64,000 nucleotides of DNA from contig OZ219752.1 of NCBI GenBank assembly GCA_964291315.2, forward strand, positions 1 through 64,000, given 5' to 3'. The position numbers and the translations under genes were made by a program. Positions 59,354 through 64,000 of the stretch are shown here, piece after piece. Under the pieces are notes generated by a model, which was not told the DNA's origin, did not search any database, and saw only the letters and a list, made by a program, of their open reading frames with translations. Each line of letters starts with the position of its first letter. Position 1 is the stretch's first letter. This stretch comes from Candidatus Poribacteria bacterium (lineage in GTDB: Bacteria; Poribacteria; WGA-4E; WGA-3G).

Positions 59354-62300
59354 ATGCTTCATCGAGAACGAATCCTTGAATATCTCAGAGCCGCTAACTT
59401 TAGCGCCCTCTTCACCCAAGCACTCGGGTGGGAGCACTACACACAAGCACTAAATATCAGCGTAGACGCTACCGAGTGGCACCTCTCCGCAGTCGCAGAG
59501 AAACGCGGCATGATCGTCTTTGAATGCCACGCAACAGACGCAGATGGACAACTCCCCGATTATGCGCTGCGCCGGAAGATCCAGCAGCAAGTCGCGCGCT
59601 CCGCCCATGAGCATATTATCATCTACACCGATGCCGAGAGGACAACGCATCTCTGGCAGTGGGTCAGAAGGGAGCCGGGCAAGCCGGATGCCTGCCGAGA
59701 GCACAGGTATCACACGGCGCAATCGGGGGAGTCGCTGATACAAAAGTTAGAGCCGATCGCCTTCAGTCTTGACGAAGAAGCCGAACTGACACTCTCTGAC
59801 GTGACAGGGCGCGTCGGGAGCGCGTTCTATGCGGAGCGGGTGACCAAGAAGTTTTACGATCGCTTCAAGCGAGAGCAGACGGCGTTCCTGACCTTCCTCA
59901 CGGGCATCCCGGACGCCGAGGTGCAGCGCGCATATGTCTCTATCCTGCTGAATCGGCTGATGTTCATCTACTTCATTCAGAAGAAGGGGTTCCTCAACAA
60001 TGACCTAGACTATCTGCGGCACACGTTGACGGAGACGCAAAAGAGTGGCAGCGACCGGTACTATAGAGCGTTTCTCTGTCCGCTGTTCTTTGAAGGGTTC
60101 GCAAAGCCGGAGGCAGAGCGGAGCAGAACCGTGGTCGGGCTCCTCGGGGATGTGCCGTATCTCAACGGCGGCATCTTTGAGCAGCACGCCATAGAGACGC
60201 ATCACGGGGAGCATATTGAGATCCCGGATGCGGCGTTTGAACAGCTCTTCGGGTTCTTTGATGCGTATCAGTGGCATTTGGACGATCGCCCGTTGAAAAA
60301 TGACACGGAGATCAACCCGGATGTGCTGGGATATATCTTTGAGAAATACATCAATCAGAAGCAGATGGGTGCTTATTATACGAAGGAAGACATCACCGAA
60401 TATATCAGCAAAAACACGATTATTCCGTTTCTCTTTGATGCGGCACGGCGGTCGTGTGAGATAGCGTTTGCGGCGGATGGTACGGTGTGGCAGTTGCTGC
60501 GAGATGCCCCGGAGCGCTATATCTACCCGGCTGTGAGCAAAGGGACTGAATTAGAGTTGCCGCCCCATATCGCTGCGGGGGTTGCGGATGTCTCTAAGCG
60601 CACAGATTGGAACACCGTTGCGCCTTCCGAGTATGCCTTGCCGACAGAGATATGGCGGGAAGTCGTTGCGAGACGACAGCGCTACGAGACGCTGCGTGCG
60701 AAGCTGGTCAACGGAGACGTCGCCAGCATCAACGATCTGATTACCTACAATCTAGATGTCCGCCAGTTCGCACAGGACGTAATCGCGGGATGTGAGGGCC
60801 CCGAGCTGCTGCGTGCGTTTTGGCAGGCGATCAGACACATCAGCATCCTGGATCCGACGTGTGGCTCGGGAGCGTTCCTCTTCGCCGCTGTGAATATCCT
60901 CGTGCCGCTCTATGAGGCGTGTCTCGACCGAATGCAAGCCTTCCTCGACGATGCTGACGCACGCCCTGGAACAGGTGGCCGGCGCTATGCTGACTTCCGA
61001 GAGACGCTTAAGCGTATAGAGCAGCATCCGAACAGAGCCTATTTTATTCTCAAGTCTATTGTGATAAATAACCTCTACGGTGTGGACATCATGGCGGAGG
61101 CAGTTGAAATCTGTAAGCTCCGGCTCTTCCTGAAGATGGTCTCACAGATTGAAGATGTGCGGCAGATAGAGCCGTTGCCAGACATCGACTTCAACATCCA
61201 GTCGGGGAATAGTCTCGTCGGGTTCTCAACGTATGATGCGGTAGAGCGTGCGGTGACGGGCAAGCTGGACTTTGACGACACGATGCGGCGGCTTCGGGAG
61301 AAGGCAGAGGATGTGGATGCGTTGTTCCAAGCGTTTCGCAGGCAACAGACGGCGTTAGGCGGGGTCGTGACGCGTGCGGATAAGCAGGCATTGCGGGAGA
61401 GACTGGGTGTCTTAGAAGATGAGTTGAACCTTTACCTTGCGGGTGAGTATGGCGTGAACACTTCACATAATATAAGCGGGGGGGGTAATCACCGATTACC
61501 ACAAATGGCTTGCCACGCATAAGCCCTTCCACTGGTTCATCGCTTTCTACAGCATCCTCAAAGAAGGCGGATTTGATGTCATCATCGGAAACCCACCCTA
61601 CATAGAATATAGCAAAGTCAAAAAGGATTATACAGTAAAAGGATACGAAACCGAAACGTGCGGCAACCTATATGCGATGTCCGTTGAAAGAGCATTTCGG
61701 CTAAGCAAGGGACCCATCGGAATGATCGTGCAACTCCCTTTAGTCTGTACCAAGCGCATGATACCCGCACAATCACTTTTCAAGTCTTCAAATCGGAAAA
61801 GTTGGTTCGCTAATTTTGATGATAGCCCAGGGAAACTTTTTGACGACCTACCTCATATACGTGCTACTATCTTTCTCACTACGGAAGAAAAAGCTTTGGA
61901 AATGGAATCCACCTTATATTCCACGCGGTATAATAGATGGTTCACGGAAGTGCGATCCATCTTGTTTGAAGGTATGGTTTATGAAGACATTACAGACATT
62001 TGTGTTGAAGGTTCATTTCCAAAAATCGCGGATTCTGTGGGGAAGAGTCTCGCAAGAAAACTCATGAACTTTAAAAAACCTATTTTGAACTTTAAAACAG
62101 GAAAGCATGTGTGCTATTTTCACAATTCGCCTCACCATTGGATGCGGGCAATGAACTTTGTCCCTTACTTTTGGAACGAGCGAGACGGTGAGAAAATCTC
62201 AACTCAGATGAAACCGCTGCACTTTAGAACCCAATTAGACGCTTATGTCGCCGCCGCAAGCTTGAACAGCTCGCTTTTCTACTGGTGGTTTGTTGTGCTT

Positions 62301-62624
62301 TCCGATTGCCGGCACGTCAATTTGCGTGAAATTAGAAGTTTTCCGATTGGGATAGATGATATGGAGCGGCAAACCAAGCAGAGCCTTTCCCAGCTGTGCA
62401 AGGACTTGATGGTAGATCTCAAGCATCACGCACAACGCAAGAAAGCGTCCTATAAGACCACTGGACAGGTCATCTACGATGAGTTTTATCCGCGACATTC
62501 CAAGCACATCATAGACGAAATAGACCGCGTCCTCGCAAAGCACTACGGCTTCAGCGATGAGGAATTAGACTTCATCATCAACTACGACATCAAATACCGG
62601 ATGGGGCGGTCTGGAAGCTCCTAA
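59354..62624 (+). pseudogene. Eco57I-like (type IIG-like) N6-adenine DNA methyltransferase, frameshifted at G8 (61478-61485)
   Basis: ORF1 has PYLNGG.F, LGYIFE, GAYYT, ILDPTCGSGAFL (motif I) and LYGVDI. PFHWF..F...GGFDVIIGNPPY (motif IV) lies in the frame of ORF 61677-62624, which is open from the G tract onward. Confidence 0.85.
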
Positions 62625-62693
62625 TGTGTTTGCTATTTAAATAGGAATTTGATACGATGCTAAGCGTAAGATTAGCAACCAGTAAGGAGAAAT

Positions 62694-63320
62694 GTGATGA
62701 AAATCTTAACTATTGTCGCTATCTCTATTTTGATGCTATCGGGCTGCACAAGTGTGCAATATCAAAAGATGCAGGCGGAACGCGATCAGCTCCGCAAAAA
62801 TTATGAAGTGCTCCGCGACGAACACAGCGAGCTCAAAGTCAAAGAAGGTATAACCGACCCACTCCTCGGAAGGTGGAAATTTCTAAATCTTGAGGTTGCG
62901 GAGAGTGCAGCTACCGAAAATGTTAAAGAAACCAAAGCCGCGCTTCGATCCCATTATTTGAAAGGTCTCACACTTGATTTTTTTGAAGAAAAAGGGAGCC
63001 ACTATTACCGAGGTAAAAAGGGGAACACGGAGATTTTCGGCCAATTTAGGATCTTCACCATTCGTTACGGCGATGAACCCTTCCCATTTATCCGATTCCT
63101 CAGACGTTCTGGCCCTGAAATCTCAGAATTCCTTTTCGCCGCAAGAGCGAGCAGCTCTGGACTAGCAGACCCGCAAGGGCTCGCAACGGCAAAAGAAATT
63201 GGTATTTCAGTTACGGAGGACCGGTTGTATCTCACGATGCCGGGTAAGATGCAGTTAGGTCCCACTGGTTGGGTAAAAAACGGGGACGTGCATTGCTACT
63301 TCCGGAGGGTTGAGGAGTGA
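62694..63320 (+). CDS. Hypothetical lipoprotein
   Basis: Lipobox LSGC, LLGRWKF motif; AGGAG RBS. Confidence 0.75.
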   Translation: MMKILTIVAISILMLSGCTSVQYQKMQAERDQLRKNYEVLRDEHSELKVKEGITDPLLGRWKFLNLEVAESAATENVKETKAALRSHYLKGLTLDFFEEKGSHYYRGKKGNTEIFGQFRIFTIRYGDEPFPFIRFLRRSGPEISEFLFAARASSSGLADPQGLATAKEIGISVTEDRLYLTMPGKMQLGPTGWVKNGDVHCYFRRVEE

Positions 63321-63527
63321 AAATACGAACTCACTTTAGGTTGAATTCTGTTTTTTTTATCTAATTCTCGCTTGTTGTACCAGTGTCTGATACCAAGACG
63401 TTCAAAACGAACGCGAAGGGTTGTGTGCAGCACAAGCGGATGCCCGTAGGAAAATCGATTCGAGCCCCATGAGAGTAGATTTAACCAAGAAGCTGCTAGA
63501 CAAATGGCATTTTGAGGAAAATAGACA

Positions 63528-64000
63528 ATGAAAATGTTAACAATATTCGGCATTATAGCAATGGTGTTTGCTAGTTGTGCGGTGCTAACGCCGCAAGAAA
63601 CGCAACAGCGGCGGCATCGCCTGCTTGAAGCTTATAATGAAGCACGCGCAAAACACGATCCGGAGAAAATTAAAGAGACAGTGAGGAATCTCCTCGTCGG
63701 CAAATGGCAATATGTCGGGTTAGAGGTTGAAGAAGGTAATGTTACCACAAAGCAAGCACAATCGGCGGGCCAGCAGCGGATAAACTCGCCGAACGTTTTG
63801 ACAGAACCGCTCTCTAAGGGCGCTACAAACCAACAAGCAACATCCAACATCCGTAAGCAGACGACTTCGCCAGACCCTCGGAATCCCAAAGCAGACGAAC
63901 ATACCTCGGCAGAAAATGCACCTCGTTTACCGCGTATTGAAGTAACCAACGAAAGGTCGAGTCAACAGATACTTGGTGCAAAAGCCGCACTTGTCGCATC
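63528..64000 (+). CDS. Hypothetical lipoprotein (partial), probable paralog of 62694-63320
   Basis: MKMLTIFGIIAMVFASC...LLVGKWQYVGLEV versus LLGRWKFLNLEV; open to the window end. Confidence 0.7.
   Translation, partial: MKMLTIFGIIAMVFASCAVLTPQETQQRRHRLLEAYNEARAKHDPEKIKETVRNLLVGKWQYVGLEVEEGNVTTKQAQSAGQQRINSPNVLTEPLSKGATNQQATSNIRKQTTSPDPRNPKADEHTSAENAPRLPRIEVTNERSSQQILGAKAALVA

Overview
Bacterial chromosomal window, most likely Candidatus Poribacteria. This is inferred from protein families: LamG/DUF1080 proteins ending in a V(E/D)xxxKx(A/T)xxWGxLK tail, an LLPNYPNPFNPETWIPY FlgD-like domain, and several PhyH, sulfatase and FGE-type genes. Housekeeping and metabolic genes (kdsB, pyrG, polA, UbiD-family decarboxylase, glpD, wza/wzc, Liv, BMP and TRAP transport, PhnY/PhnZ-like pair) surround the main feature, a complete diversity-generating retroelement (DGR) on the minus strand at about 29.2-34.8 kb. 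Its order is target 3 (signal peptide, N-domain, Pro/Thr linker, FGE/CLec domain), hairpin, avd, reverse transcriptase, template repeat (TR) plus spacer, target 2, target 1. In the core, VR3 differs from TR at 23 of 32 adenines and nowhere else. VR1 and VR2 are identical to each other, one codon longer than TR, and sit in cassettes bounded by direct repeats that copy the flanks of the DGR core. Also notable: a large adenine methyltransferase split by a frameshift at a G8 tract (candidate phase variation), an in-frame 7-bp tandem repeat in a UPF0182 gene, a decayed IS605-type tnpB, and three related perfect-consensus sigma70 promoters pointing toward the DGR region. All alignments and counts were made by eye; no database searches were run.
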